In this document: piece after piece, positions 38,834 to 48,945 of the stretch
How the letters are laid out: each line of letters starts with the position of its first letter
Position numbering within the stretch: the first letter of the stretch is position 1
Assembly (NCBI GenBank): GCA_964598205.1
Contig: CAZRBB010000002.1
Location: 52,459 to 116,458, forward strand
Reading direction: 5' to 3'
Length of the DNA: 64,000 nucleotides
Source: an uncultured Candidatus Saccharibacteria bacterium
Lineage (GTDB): Bacteria; Patescibacteriota; Minisyncoccia; CAIUEV01; JAHKAQ01
Notes under the pieces: model-generated
What the model was told of the DNA's origin: nothing
What the model saw: the letters and a program-made list of their open reading frames with translations, nothing else
The model's database searches: none
Position numbers and translations under genes: made by a program

Positions 38834-39268
38834 ATGTCCTCTTCTTTTGTTTGCCAAAATTGCCAAAAAACGGTTTCTCTAAAAGCTATTGGCACCGAAC
38901 ACCGCAACCATTGCCCTTTTTGTTTGTTTTCGGTTCATTTGGACCAAAAAAAACCTGGAGACCGACAAGCGGATTGCCGTGGTCTAATGGTGCCCGTGGC
39001 ACTTTCCTTTAAAAAGATTGCTCCCAAAAAATACAAAGCCCTAACCGTTAAAGACGGTGAACTGGCGTTGGTTCATCAGTGTCGGAAGTGCGGTTGGGTC
39101 ACTATTAACCGAATCGCCGGCGATGACGATGAACAAAGGATAATCGACTTACTTTCGGTCACCGAGGCGCAAAAAGAAGCGATCGGCGATTTTGTTTTTT
39201 TAAAAAAGGGACGGTTGGCCGAAATACCCGATTTATTGGCGGTTAGGAGGCAGTTGTGGGGCAAATAG
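38834..39268 (+). CDS. RNHCP-domain protein
   Basis: F.CQNC, HRNHCPFCL.S.H.D..PGDR..C.G.M, H.C.KCG and RIAGDD motifs. Confidence 0.88.
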   Translation: MSSSFVCQNCQKTVSLKAIGTEHRNHCPFCLFSVHLDQKKPGDRQADCRGLMVPVALSFKKIAPKKYKALTVKDGELALVHQCRKCGWVTINRIAGDDDEQRIIDLLSVTEAQKEAIGDFVFLKKGRLAEIPDLLAVRRQLWGK

Positions 39269-39321
39269 TTTTTCCTTGCCGGGGACTTTCTTTTTTTGTT
39301 ATCATTGCACCAGCAGAATTA

Positions 39322-39396
39322 GGGCTCGTAGCTCAGCGGTAGAGCGCTTGGCTCATAACCAATTGGTCGCAGGTTCGATCCCTGCCGGGCCCACCA
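39322..39396 (+). tRNA. tRNA with CAU anticodon (probably tRNA-Ile2; elongator Met not excluded)
   Basis: GGGCTCG...CGGGCCC-ACCA; anticodon loop CTCATAA. The paired G1-C72 excludes an initiator tRNA, and C4:G69 fits TilS substrates. Confidence 0.85.
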
Positions 39397-39403
39397 TGAA
39401 TCT

Positions 39404-39781
39404 TTAAGCTTTGTTTTTAGCTAGAATTTTTTTTACCTTTTCGGCTATTTCCTGAGGTGTTGTTTCTAATTTTGTAATAAATCCCACCGCTCCTAGATTT
39501 TTTGCTCTGTCTCTAAATTCTTTTTTGTCTGTATTGGTAAGAACAAGTACGGGAATATTTTTTAGATCGTCTTCTCTTTTTAATTGCTCCAAAACATCTA
39601 GTCCGTTTTCTCCTCCTAGTAATATGTCTAAAAGAATGATTTCTGGCTTGTCTTCTCTGGCTACCCTAAAAACATCTTCTACGCTAGAAGCAATGGTTGT
39701 TGGTAAATTCTTTAATTCAAAAACTTTTTGAAAAAGAAACTGTTGTTCGGCATCGTCTTCTACAAGCAAGATCTTTGTCAT
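39404..39781 (-). CDS. Single-domain response regulator (receiver)
   Basis: ILLVEDD, ILLDI, GLDVL, IPVLVLTN and GA..FITK motifs. Confidence 0.92.
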   Translation of the reverse strand: MTKILLVEDDAEQQFLFQKVFELKNLPTTIASSVEDVFRVAREDKPEIILLDILLGGENGLDVLEQLKREDDLKNIPVLVLTNTDKKEFRDRAKNLGAVGFITKLETTPQEIAEKVKKILAKNKA

Positions 39782-39797
39782 TTTTAATTTATAAAAA

Positions 39798-41540
39798 TTA
39801 GATCTTTATATCTGCTCTTTCTTTAATATATTCCGTAATATTAACTCTACCAAGAGGTTTGATTGGCAACTGCATAAAAAATTCCGAACCTTTTCCTAAT
39901 TCACTTTCCACCCACACTTTTCCACCATGACCTTCGGCAACTTCCTTAACAATAAAAAGTCCTAGGCCGGTTCCATCTGTGTACATTTTGACGGCGTTTT
40001 CGGCGCGAGAAAATTTTTGAAAAAGATTAGGAATGGCTTCTTTGGGAATGCCAATACCGTTGTCTTTAATTGAAAAAATGATATTGCTACCGCTTTTCTT
40101 GCTACTAACTCTTATAGTCCCCTTTTGGTTTTTCTTGCCTTGATTATCTAAATTCGATTCTAAAGAAGGAGTATATTTAACGGCATTGGTTATTAAATTA
40201 GTAAATGCCTCTTCTAGATACCGCTTTTGCCCATAAATTTCGGGAACTTCTGGATCTAGGAGGGCAATTGTAAGATCAATCTTCATTCTCATTGTTTCTG
40301 GTTTAAACCCTTCTATTATTTTTTCTAAAAATTCTTTAACTTCTATTTTTTCTGCCTCCCGATAAACAACGCTAAATTTTTTATTAATCAACGAAGTGGC
40401 GTTGAGAATGTCGTTGATTATATCTTCTAATTTTTGGCACTTGATTTTAGCTCCATCAAAGAACCGATTCCTGGTTACCTCGTCGAAAGAATCCATTGTG
40501 CCATCTTCTAACATGGAGATTACTCCCTTAATTACCGTTACTGGAGTCCTTAGCTGATGGGAGGCAATGCTTAAGAATTCGTTTTTTACCTGATCAAGAC
40601 GCTTAAGTTCAGTATTCGCAACTTCTAATTCTTTTTTTTGCTTTAATTCTTTCTTAACTGATCTGACCAGCCACCAACCAAAGAGGATAACGATAAAGAG
40701 GGTGATGCCGGTGAGGACTTTATTGATGTCAGTTTTAATAAAGGCGAATTGAGAGGCGATGATTGCAATTAGAGATAGCACTAAAGCCTGAGCTCCTAAA
40801 AGCCGAATACTGAAAGCTTCAAATTTAACAATCAAATACGCTAAAACACCAATGAAAAAAGTCATTCCGAAAAGACCGTAGGCCAACAATTTGAAACTTT
40901 CCAATAAACTCGAGAGATAACCTGTAAGAAAAAATAAAAATAAAAAAGATTCAATTCCCAAAAAGAGAATCAGAATCTGTTTTTTTGATTCTTTGTCAGC
41001 TTTTTTGTATCTAAAAATGAACAAAATAAAAATCCACAAAAAAATCAATAAATCAATAATATAATAATAGTTTGTAAAAAATAATCCCTCTCTGGCTTCG
41101 CAATTGATAACATCAAAACTAACTAGGTTTATTCTTGTTGGAGTTAATATAATAATAGGCAAAATTAAGGCTCCTAGAACAATTTTTCCCCAAAATGGCA
41201 AATCACGCTTATCGATAAACACATACACAAAATACAGACACAGCACAAAAATTAAAGAATCTAGGATTCCTAATAATCCCCAAGAAAACATTATGTAAGT
41301 ACTATTAGAACTAATCCAGGTCACCAAATCTCCCATGGACCACAAAAAAAATACAACACCAATCCCTAATAATATTCTATTCAATAAAGCCTTGCGATCA
41401 TTTAAAAACACAAAGAGACCAAGAAGTAATGCGGTGATCGCTGTTGGAATATGAGAATAATAAACAAGTCTTAGATATTCTTGATTTTGTTGTATAAATG
41501 AGTGGCAACTTTCCAAATTTGATACAAGATTAAATTCCAT
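39798..41540 (-). CDS. Sensor histidine kinase with N-terminal 7TM-type membrane sensor
   Basis: Multi-TM N-terminus; SHQLRTP H-box, NLITNAVKY, DNGIG and GTGLGL motifs. Confidence 0.93.
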   Translation of the reverse strand: MEFNLVSNLESCHSFIQQNQEYLRLVYYSHIPTAITALLLGLFVFLNDRKALLNRILLGIGVVFFLWSMGDLVTWISSNSTYIMFSWGLLGILDSLIFVLCLYFVYVFIDKRDLPFWGKIVLGALILPIIILTPTRINLVSFDVINCEAREGLFFTNYYYIIDLLIFLWIFILFIFRYKKADKESKKQILILFLGIESFLFLFFLTGYLSSLLESFKLLAYGLFGMTFFIGVLAYLIVKFEAFSIRLLGAQALVLSLIAIIASQFAFIKTDINKVLTGITLFIVILFGWWLVRSVKKELKQKKELEVANTELKRLDQVKNEFLSIASHQLRTPVTVIKGVISMLEDGTMDSFDEVTRNRFFDGAKIKCQKLEDIINDILNATSLINKKFSVVYREAEKIEVKEFLEKIIEGFKPETMRMKIDLTIALLDPEVPEIYGQKRYLEEAFTNLITNAVKYTPSLESNLDNQGKKNQKGTIRVSSKKSGSNIIFSIKDNGIGIPKEAIPNLFQKFSRAENAVKMYTDGTGLGLFIVKEVAEGHGGKVWVESELGKGSEFFMQLPIKPLGRVNITEYIKERADIKI

Positions 41541-41560
41541 TTTTTATTTTATTTTTTACT

Positions 41561-42349
41561 TTATTCAATCAATGATATTTTTTCGGAGTAATAAAAATAA
41601 TAATCTTTGTCCTGATCTTTCATTGGCATTATTTTAACAATAAGAGGTCGTACGCCTAAAATATTTTCTACCTGCTTAAAATTAGGCAAAACAATGTTTT
41701 TTGTAAAATCTCCCTCATCTTTATTGTCTGAATAGTTTTCAAATAAAATTCCAAAACAAGTAAGAACAGCAAACAATTTGGAGTAGAAGCGATTGGGGGT
41801 TTTGCCGTTTCTTTCAACCCAATCCGAAGCATCAATGAATGCTACCTCCTTATTGTAACCATTTGCAGTAAATAAGCCATGATGGAAATCAACTAAACTT
41901 TTTCCGCTGACTGTCTTAATTTCCTTAATCACTTTTCTTTCAGACTCATTAAAATCTATAATCCTGTTCACAATAATTTTTTCGCCCATTTTTTTCCCAA
42001 CTCCACAATAAATACAGATCTTGCCTAAATGGTATTTATATTGATTTTCAGAAGCAAACTTATCATCTAGATACTCTAAGCATGCTGGTTTTAAATTTGT
42101 TTTCTCTGCTAACTTTAAGAAACGCAAAAACTCAAAGTTGGGAGTGGCAACCTGTCTCGCCAAGAAAGCTCTTGGCTCGCCCTTTAGAAATTCAGGAACA
42201 TCTCCTTCTAGGAAATCTTCTACTTTCTTTTTCAGGGCTTTATTGTTCCATCTTTTCCAAATTTCCTTTTTAGCCAAAGACAAGGGAGTGTAAATACTGA
42301 GATCTCTTTTGGTAGGCCCGTTTCCTGTTTTAATTTCCTTATTATCCAT
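41561..42349 (-). CDS. Cytoplasmic hypothetical protein upstream of the histidine kinase
   Basis: 262-aa ORF 20 nt from the kinase gene; enzyme-like segments (LARQVATPNFE, LVDFHH, GILFENY). Confidence 0.7.
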   Translation of the reverse strand: MDNKEIKTGNGPTKRDLSIYTPLSLAKKEIWKRWNNKALKKKVEDFLEGDVPEFLKGEPRAFLARQVATPNFEFLRFLKLAEKTNLKPACLEYLDDKFASENQYKYHLGKICIYCGVGKKMGEKIIVNRIIDFNESERKVIKEIKTVSGKSLVDFHHGLFTANGYNKEVAFIDASDWVERNGKTPNRFYSKLFAVLTCFGILFENYSDNKDEGDFTKNIVLPNFKQVENILGVRPLIVKIMPMKDQDKDYYFYYSEKISLIE

Positions 42350-42373
42350 GTGAATAAAACTTTTAATAAAAAA

Positions 42374-42892
42374 TTACTTCCAGTTAGAAAACTTTAAGAA
42401 AATCTCTACGCCCACAAAAGAAAGTAGAATCCAAAAAACATTGGAAAGAAGAAGACTCCCCCAAAATACTTGCCAATCACTTTTTTTAAATCCATTGTAA
42501 AGCCTATGACCCTTCCTTAAATAAACAGTGGTTACAAAGGCATCGAACTGTAGGGAAAGAAAAATAAACTCTGCCCAGCGGCCTTTTCTTAAAAACCAAG
42601 AAATAAACTTCCCTATTTTCGTATTAGCCTTATTTTCTATTTCGTTTTCTATTTCTTTTATAGCTTCGATCCCTAGCCAATCTCTTTTTATGCGGTCATA
42701 TACAATTAAGGTAAGAAAGCACATTAAGATAGCAAGAACGGTCATTATTATCCCACCGTAAATTAGGCCTGTTTTAAAAATAACAAAAGGATATAAAATG
42801 TAATCAAAGAGGTAATTTGCAAAAATAAAAAAAGCATAGCCGATCGACATTGCCTTAAAATCAAATTTTTGAACTTTTTCTAAAAAACTCAT
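42374..42892 (-). CDS. Membrane protein, unknown function
   Basis: Several hydrophobic helices; co-oriented in the operon. Confidence 0.65.
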   Translation of the reverse strand: MSFLEKVQKFDFKAMSIGYAFFIFANYLFDYILYPFVIFKTGLIYGGIIMTVLAILMCFLTLIVYDRIKRDWLGIEAIKEIENEIENKANTKIGKFISWFLRKGRWAEFIFLSLQFDAFVTTVYLRKGHRLYNGFKKSDWQVFWGSLLLSNVFWILLSFVGVEIFLKFSNWK

Positions 42893-43122
42893 AAAGAGAA
42901 TTTATTCTGGAAGATAATCCCCACTTTTCCCGTCTGCCTTAAAGCATAAAAATAACTGTTGATTCCAGCATAAATGTTTGTTTTTGTCAATAATGTGATC
43001 TTCTTAGGTAACAAAAAAAACGCTAAGAAAGCGTTTTTAAAAAAATTAAATATCCACCTTCTAGCGTTTTTAGTATTTCTTCTAATTATTTTTTTTCTGA
43101 TCTTGGTGTCCATATTAGCCAT
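42889..43122 (-). CDS. Small hypothetical protein
   Basis: 4-nt overlap with the downstream gene suggests translational coupling. Confidence 0.4.
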   Translation of the reverse strand: MANMDTKIRKKIIRRNTKNARRWIFNFFKNAFLAFFLLPKKITLLTKTNIYAGINSYFYALRQTGKVGIIFQNKFSL

Positions 43123-43185
43123 TGCTCCTTTTCTGCGAATCCGCCCTTATAAAAAATAAACACCAGCACCGCACAATAAACTGCC

Positions 43186-43650
43186 TTAAGTGCTGGGATC
43201 TTGTAACCTCTCTATTGGTGGACCGTTTCTAATGTATTCTTCTGTATCATTGCAAGAGTCTCCGTTGGGAACATTATTTTCGTTACATAATTCATATTCG
43301 CAATCTGATTCATTTTCTTGGCAAATCAAAGCCAAGCAATTATTGTCATTGGGGTCGCAAAGAGGAATATTACTAGCTTTTCGGGTAATATTCTTAGTAA
43401 ACCAAGTATCTTTGAATGAATCTCCGGTACAAACACCACCATCCACTTCTGGGCTTGGATCGCAAATGTGCACAAAACATTTTTCTGTATAAGGATCGCA
43501 CTCTGTTTGCACAATAACAGGATAATCCTTTTTAATCATTGTCCTGTAATAAGTTCCCAGAACTGATCCAATAACAAGAAGTAAAAAAAGAAATAAGAAA
43601 GACTTTTCCAGGGAAAAAGAAATAGATTTAGACCAAAAACTGTTATTCAT
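43186..43650 (-). CDS. Membrane-anchored Cys-rich extracellular protein
   Basis: TM anchor followed by 10 Cys (CDPYTEKC, CDP repeats). Confidence 0.65.
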   Translation of the reverse strand: MNNSFWSKSISFSLEKSFLFLFLLLVIGSVLGTYYRTMIKKDYPVIVQTECDPYTEKCFVHICDPSPEVDGGVCTGDSFKDTWFTKNITRKASNIPLCDPNDNNCLALICQENESDCEYELCNENNVPNGDSCNDTEEYIRNGPPIERLQDPST

Positions 43651-43803
43651 CTTCTGATTTTTACACTCTTTTTATTATAACAAATAATCACTGTTTAAAG
43701 AAGCCTTTGCACAGTTAACAACCGGAAAAATTGTTATTTTTGAATATTCAATTCAACGGTTAATAGCCCTATTACTCCCCCATTGCAAAAGGTTTTTAAA
43801 TTA

Positions 43804-44355
43804 TCAATTGTTATGTATTGGATTTTCCCTGGTTTTATTAAAAAGAAAATGCATTCTTTCTTTGGGTTCTGCTAAAATTTCGTAGCAACCAAATATCACT
43901 GAAGCGTAAAACAAATCCCCGATCAGGGTGTTCTTAAAAAACGGGATAGCCATTGTATAGCAGTCTAGAAGACCTCCAAAATTAAAAGCATACCAATCAT
44001 TAAAGAGCCAGACGGAAAAATTAGTTGTAATGAAAAAAAGGAACGACCCAATCAAAGAATATCCCGCGATTGACATTATGGATTTATTTTTTCTTAAAAA
44101 TATTCCCATTATGCTTATAATAATAAAGCTAAGGTAAACAACGAGCATAAGTTTCCAATCGTAAAATCCAATAAAAATGTCACTTATAGCCATAATGGCG
44201 ATTGGCAAAATAATAAAGTAGCGACGAAAGAAAAAACCGGAGAATAAAGAGATGGCAGCCATTGGAGAAAAATTGGCCGGATGTGGAAAAAATCGATAAG
44301 AAATTCCCACTAAAATAAGCACCAGGATCGCAATTACTACTTCTTTTTTTGTCAT
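43804..44355 (-). CDS. Small polytopic transporter (DUF6580-like, ECF S-component-sized)
   Basis: RFFPHPANFSP..A..LF.G, SD..IGFY, FF..TNF.VW and Y..AIPFF.NT..GDL motifs; about 6 TM in 183 aa. Confidence 0.7.
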   Translation of the reverse strand: MTKKEVVIAILVLILVGISYRFFPHPANFSPMAAISLFSGFFFRRYFIILPIAIMAISDIFIGFYDWKLMLVVYLSFIIISIMGIFLRKNKSIMSIAGYSLIGSFLFFITTNFSVWLFNDWYAFNFGGLLDCYTMAIPFFKNTLIGDLFYASVIFGCYEILAEPKERMHFLFNKTRENPIHNN

Positions 44356-44375
44356 CTTTTTTCTTAATCAATTAA

Positions 44376-45374
44376 CTAGTGTTCAATAATTTTAATCTTC
44401 GCTCTTCCCGATAGTACTGTCAGTTTAATTTTTCCTCCGATTGGAAAAGTAATCATTGGTGTTGTATGTCCAAAGTCAACATCGGCGATAATAGGAATTT
44501 TATTTAGTTCTTTTTTATTTTTAATAATTTTAATAATTTTATTTTTATCCATTTTGGATTTTTTTTGGAATCTACCAATCACAATTCCTTTTATAAAATG
44601 AAAATCGGGGAGATGAAGAAGAGACTGAAGATTGCGATCAAAATCCAAAGAAAACATCTCCCCTGTCATATCGTTGTCTTCCAAGAATAATATCGCATTT
44701 TTAAAGCTTGGCATAAATTCAGTTCCCTGCAAAAGATTAAAGGTGCAAAGATTTCCGCCAATAATTATTCCTTCTGCCACGCCTTTATTAATAATGTTTA
44801 TCCCTTTATTTTTAATAAATTTTCTTTTATTTTGGTTCAGGTACCATGCATCGTCGCTCCATTTTTTAGATGGAATAATTTTGAATTGATTTTTGCTCAT
44901 TAAGCATTTTTTGAAATAATTTACCGTATAACTAAGTCCTCTTTTCATCGCAAAACTCGAAAAAGAAGGACCAGAATAATTAATTAGTCCTGTCTTTGCA
45001 TAAATAGCATTAGATAATGCAGTTATATCCGAATATCCACAAATAATTTTGGGATTTTTTTTGATTAGGTTGTAATCAAGATATCCCAATATTTGGTTAA
45101 CATTAAGACCCCCAATAACGGTTAAAATTGCTTTCACATTTGCATCGGCAAAAGACAGGTGTAAATCTTCTACTCGCGATCTTATAGAGGAAGAATTAAA
45201 TTCATCAATTTCTTCGACGTTTTTTGAAAAAGTCACCTTAAATCCAAGATCACTTAGCCTATTTAATGCAAGCTTTCTATTTTTCTTGGTGATAATTGAA
45301 AGACTATTAGAAAGTGCGACTACTCTTATTTCGTCGCCGGGCTTTATTTTCTGCGGAATCATACGCCTATCCAA
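44376..45374 (-). CDS. S66-family serine peptidase, MccF/LD-carboxypeptidase-like (microcin C immunity family)
   Basis: GYSDIT (Ser), FLED (Glu), DFGHT (His), GGNL and a WSDDAW loop. The true start is probably the ATG at 45362. Confidence 0.9.
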   Translation of the reverse strand: MDRRMIPQKIKPGDEIRVVALSNSLSIITKKNRKLALNRLSDLGFKVTFSKNVEEIDEFNSSSIRSRVEDLHLSFADANVKAILTVIGGLNVNQILGYLDYNLIKKNPKIICGYSDITALSNAIYAKTGLINYSGPSFSSFAMKRGLSYTVNYFKKCLMSKNQFKIIPSKKWSDDAWYLNQNKRKFIKNKGINIINKGVAEGIIIGGNLCTFNLLQGTEFMPSFKNAILFLEDNDMTGEMFSLDFDRNLQSLLHLPDFHFIKGIVIGRFQKKSKMDKNKIIKIIKNKKELNKIPIIADVDFGHTTPMITFPIGGKIKLTVLSGRAKIKIIEH

Positions 45375-45390
45375 AAATTAGCTTTCATAT

Positions 45391-47463
45391 TTACTTAAAC
45401 ACAATTTCATCAAAATTACATAATTCTTTTGACAGCAATTCGATATCCTTTAACAACGCCAGTCGGTTGTTTCTTATTTTAATGTCTTCGGTCATAACCA
45501 TAACATTGTCAAAAAAATCATTTATGGGATTAGCCAATTCATTGAGTGCCCTGATTATTCCATTATAATTATATTCCTTTGATTCTTTGGTAATGTCTTT
45601 TTTAGATTTTTCCGTTGCTTTGTAAAGACTTTTTTCCCAAGAATTTTCAAACAAACTAACATCAGCCATGCCATTATTAGTTTGTCTAGACAGAGAATAA
45701 ATCCTTGATAAGGCTACCGATAGTTTTTTGAATTCATTGCTTTCTGCGATTGAACTTAGGAAAATTACTTTTTTCTTTAAAGCCCAGAGATTATTTAGCT
45801 TAGTGTCCAAAACGGAATTAATTAAATCATATCTAAAACCATCTTCGCTAAAAATAACTTTTAATCTTTGCCAAAAAAATGATTCCAGGTCTGTTTTTAG
45901 GGGTTTTTTATTTGCAATATTTTTTCCATTAAACAAGTTAATAGATGTATCAAATAAATCATCCAGATTAATTCTTAGAGAATTTTTGATTATTATATTT
46001 ATAATTCCTATAGCTTGGCGCCTTAAACCGAATGGATCATGTGAACCCTTTGGTTTATTTCCCAAACCAAAAGATCCTACGATTGAATCAATCTTATCTG
46101 CAATACTAATAACGATTCCCAAGTCATCTGTGGGAAGCTCGTCGCCCGAATAGCGTGGCAGGTAATGACTGCGAATCGCTCTGGCCACATCAATATCTTC
46201 CTTGTTTTCTAGCGCATATATCTCACCCATAATGCCCTGCAATTCATTGAACTCATTAACCATGTTCGTCACTAAATCCGCCTTGCATAAATAAGCGGCC
46301 CTGTTTAATTTTTGTATGTTCTTGTTGGAAAAATTCAATTCTTTTCCTATCTTAAGAGATAGGCTTTGCACTCTTTTAACTTTGTCCAATACCGTTCCCA
46401 ACTTTGCTTGATAAACTATATTTTTTAACTTGCTAACTCTATCCTCCAGTTTTACTTTTAAGTCTTCGTTATAAAAAAACTGCACATCCTTTAACCTGGC
46501 TCTTAAAACCTTTTCATTTCCTTTTCTTACTATCTGTAATGAATGCTTGTCTCCGTTTCTAACCCCAATAAAATACGGTTGAATTTTATTATCTCTAAAA
46601 ACAGAAAAGTATCTCTGATGATCCTTCATGGGGGTAATGATTGTGTGCTTTGGTAGTGTTAAAAACTCTTTATCAAAAGATCCGTAAAATACTGTTGGAT
46701 ATTCCAATAAATACACAACTTCGTTTAACAAATCATTATCTATAACAATATCAACTTTAAGTGTTTTTTCTAATTTATTTATTTGTTTTAAAATGGTCTG
46801 CCTTCTCTCCTTCTGGTCGACTATGACTTTTTCTTTTTTTAATACATCCTTGTATTCTTCGGCATTTTTAAGCAGAACTTTGTAATCCGAAAGAGTGCTG
46901 TGCCCTTTCGTAAAATTGGAAGTTATTACTTCTTCTATGGAAAAATTTATTATTTCGTTGTTAAACAGAGCAACCAACCATCTGATTGGCCTGGCAAATT
47001 TAATGTCATAATTTCCCCATCTCATGGATTTGGGAAATGTCATTGAAAGAATTATTTCCGGTAATATTTTTTTTAACACCTCACAAGTCCTTGCTCCTTT
47101 TGTGAATTTTTTAACAAAAACATACTCGTTGTCACCGATCGCCTCTATGGATACATCTTCTGGCTTACAATTAATTCTTTTTAGGAAATTTATCAGTATC
47201 TTGGTGGGCTTATTTTTTTTATCGTAAGCAATATTTTTTATTGGACCCTTTATCTTTTCTTCTAAATCTTTTTGTTTATCCGAAATATTAGATACAAGCA
47301 ACGCCATTCTCCTTGGTGTTCCAAGGCATTCTATTTTTTTAAAATCAATCCTACTTTCTGTCAGTCTTTGTTCGGCGCTAATTTTTAATCGGGAAAGCGC
47401 ACCCTCCATGAAATTGGCTGGAATTTCCTCCACTCCTATTTCTAATAACAATTTATTTGCCAT
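45391..47463 (-). CDS. glyS: Glycine--tRNA ligase beta subunit
   Basis: LLEIGVEEIP, TPRR, MRWG, FARPIRW, GNEKVLRARL.D..FF, KADL.T.MV.EF.ELQG.MG, DPFGLRR and FFDNVMV motifs. Confidence 0.96.
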   Translation of the reverse strand: MANKLLLEIGVEEIPANFMEGALSRLKISAEQRLTESRIDFKKIECLGTPRRMALLVSNISDKQKDLEEKIKGPIKNIAYDKKNKPTKILINFLKRINCKPEDVSIEAIGDNEYVFVKKFTKGARTCEVLKKILPEIILSMTFPKSMRWGNYDIKFARPIRWLVALFNNEIINFSIEEVITSNFTKGHSTLSDYKVLLKNAEEYKDVLKKEKVIVDQKERRQTILKQINKLEKTLKVDIVIDNDLLNEVVYLLEYPTVFYGSFDKEFLTLPKHTIITPMKDHQRYFSVFRDNKIQPYFIGVRNGDKHSLQIVRKGNEKVLRARLKDVQFFYNEDLKVKLEDRVSKLKNIVYQAKLGTVLDKVKRVQSLSLKIGKELNFSNKNIQKLNRAAYLCKADLVTNMVNEFNELQGIMGEIYALENKEDIDVARAIRSHYLPRYSGDELPTDDLGIVISIADKIDSIVGSFGLGNKPKGSHDPFGLRRQAIGIINIIIKNSLRINLDDLFDTSINLFNGKNIANKKPLKTDLESFFWQRLKVIFSEDGFRYDLINSVLDTKLNNLWALKKKVIFLSSIAESNEFKKLSVALSRIYSLSRQTNNGMADVSLFENSWEKSLYKATEKSKKDITKESKEYNYNGIIRALNELANPINDFFDNVMVMTEDIKIRNNRLALLKDIELLSKELCNFDEIVFK

Positions 47464-47475
47464 TTTATCAATTTC

Positions 47476-48357
47476 TTATTTTTTTATTCCTTGATCAACA
47501 AGGGTCTTATCCTTCCCCTGAAGCAGGTATGCCTTAGCGACCAATTTAGTTAAGCTCCTAACTCTATCAATAAACCTGGCCCTTTCCGTAACGCTAATAG
47601 CACCCCTTGAATTCAATACATTGAACACATGAGAGCACTTCAGAACATAGTCATATGCTGGTAGAACAAGACCGGTTTTAATTATTGCATCGGCTTCCTT
47701 TTCGTATATATCAAATAAATTAAAAAGCATTTCCGTATTGGCTAAATCAAAACCGTATTTTGAATTTTCATATTCAGCCTTATGAAATATATCTCCATAC
47801 GAAACATTTTTACTCCACATAATATCGTATACATTATCCTTCTCCTGAATAAACATGGCCATTCTTTCAAGTCCATAGGTTATTTCCGCCGTAACGGGCT
47901 TACAATCAAAACCGCCCATCTGTTGAAAGTAGGTAAATTGAGTAATTTCCATGCCATCAAGCCAGACCTCCCATCCCAATCCACATGCTCCCAGCGTAGG
48001 CGATTCCCAATTATCTTCAACAAATCGTATGTCATGATCCTTGGCCATAATGCCCAACTTTTTTAAACTTTCAAGATAAAGTTTTTGTACATTATTGGGG
48101 GATGGCTTTAGCATTACTTGAAACTGATGATGTTGAAAGAGTCTGTTGGGATTATCGCCATATCTCCCATCCGTTGGTCTTCTTGACGGTTCCACATAAG
48201 CAACATTCCATGGATCCGGGCCTAGTGATTTTAAGAAAGTTAGAGGATTCATAGTGCCGGCACCCTTTTCAATATCATACGGATTCCCAATTACGCAACC
48301 ATAATCTCCCCAATAATTTTGAAGTTTGAGAATTATATCCTGTAAGCTTAGCTTCAT
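47476..48357 (-). CDS. glyQ: Glycine--tRNA ligase alpha subunit (Firmicutes-type)
   Basis: [47 protein letters not shown] and EITYGLER motifs. Confidence 0.97.
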   Translation of the reverse strand: MKLSLQDIILKLQNYWGDYGCVIGNPYDIEKGAGTMNPLTFLKSLGPDPWNVAYVEPSRRPTDGRYGDNPNRLFQHHQFQVMLKPSPNNVQKLYLESLKKLGIMAKDHDIRFVEDNWESPTLGACGLGWEVWLDGMEITQFTYFQQMGGFDCKPVTAEITYGLERMAMFIQEKDNVYDIMWSKNVSYGDIFHKAEYENSKYGFDLANTEMLFNLFDIYEKEADAIIKTGLVLPAYDYVLKCSHVFNVLNSRGAISVTERARFIDRVRSLTKLVAKAYLLQGKDKTLVDQGIKK

Positions 48358-48375
48358 ATTTTTCTTATAATCTGT

Positions 48376-48945
48376 TTAAATTTTAAAATCATTCGCCAAA
48401 AAACTATACAAGACCTGATCGACGTATTTTTTATTTATAAATTCCGCTTCTCTTAATAATCCTTCTTTTTTAAATCCTAGTCTTTCCGATATTTTCCTGC
48501 TTTTTAGATTATGCTTTGCACATCTAATTTCTATTCTATGCAAACCCAATTCGGTAAAAGCATGCCGCATAAGCGTTTTGACGCAAGCAGAAACAATTCC
48601 TTGCCCTTGTTGATCCTCTCCCAGCCAATACCCAATACTTGTTGATTTGTTTAACCAATCAAAATAATGGAAGCCTATAGCCCCAACCAATTCACCGTCA
48701 AAAAATATGCCACATTGCATTCTTGATTTATCTCTAAAGGCCCTAAGAGACTCTTCAATGAATGCCTTAGTTTGAGCCGTTTTACGATTATTAGCCACCC
48801 ATGGCAACCATTTACCCAAATACTCTCTGTTTTTGTCAATTAATCTAAATAGCTTATCTTCATCATTTGGATCCAATAATCGTAAGGAAATTTTATCGCT
48901 TATTTTACAACTAAACATGCCACTATTCTTTTCCGCTAAAATCAT
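48376..48945 (-). CDS. RimL/RimJ-family GNAT N-acetyltransferase (MccE acetyltransferase-like)
   Basis: NREYL..WLPW, IGYWL....QGQG, LHRIEIRCA..N.KS....ERLGF..EG.LR motifs. Confidence 0.9.
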   Translation of the reverse strand: MILAEKNSGMFSCKISDKISLRLLDPNDEDKLFRLIDKNREYLGKWLPWVANNRKTAQTKAFIEESLRAFRDKSRMQCGIFFDGELVGAIGFHYFDWLNKSTSIGYWLGEDQQGQGIVSACVKTLMRHAFTELGLHRIEIRCAKHNLKSRKISERLGFKKEGLLREAEFINKKYVDQVLYSFLANDFKI

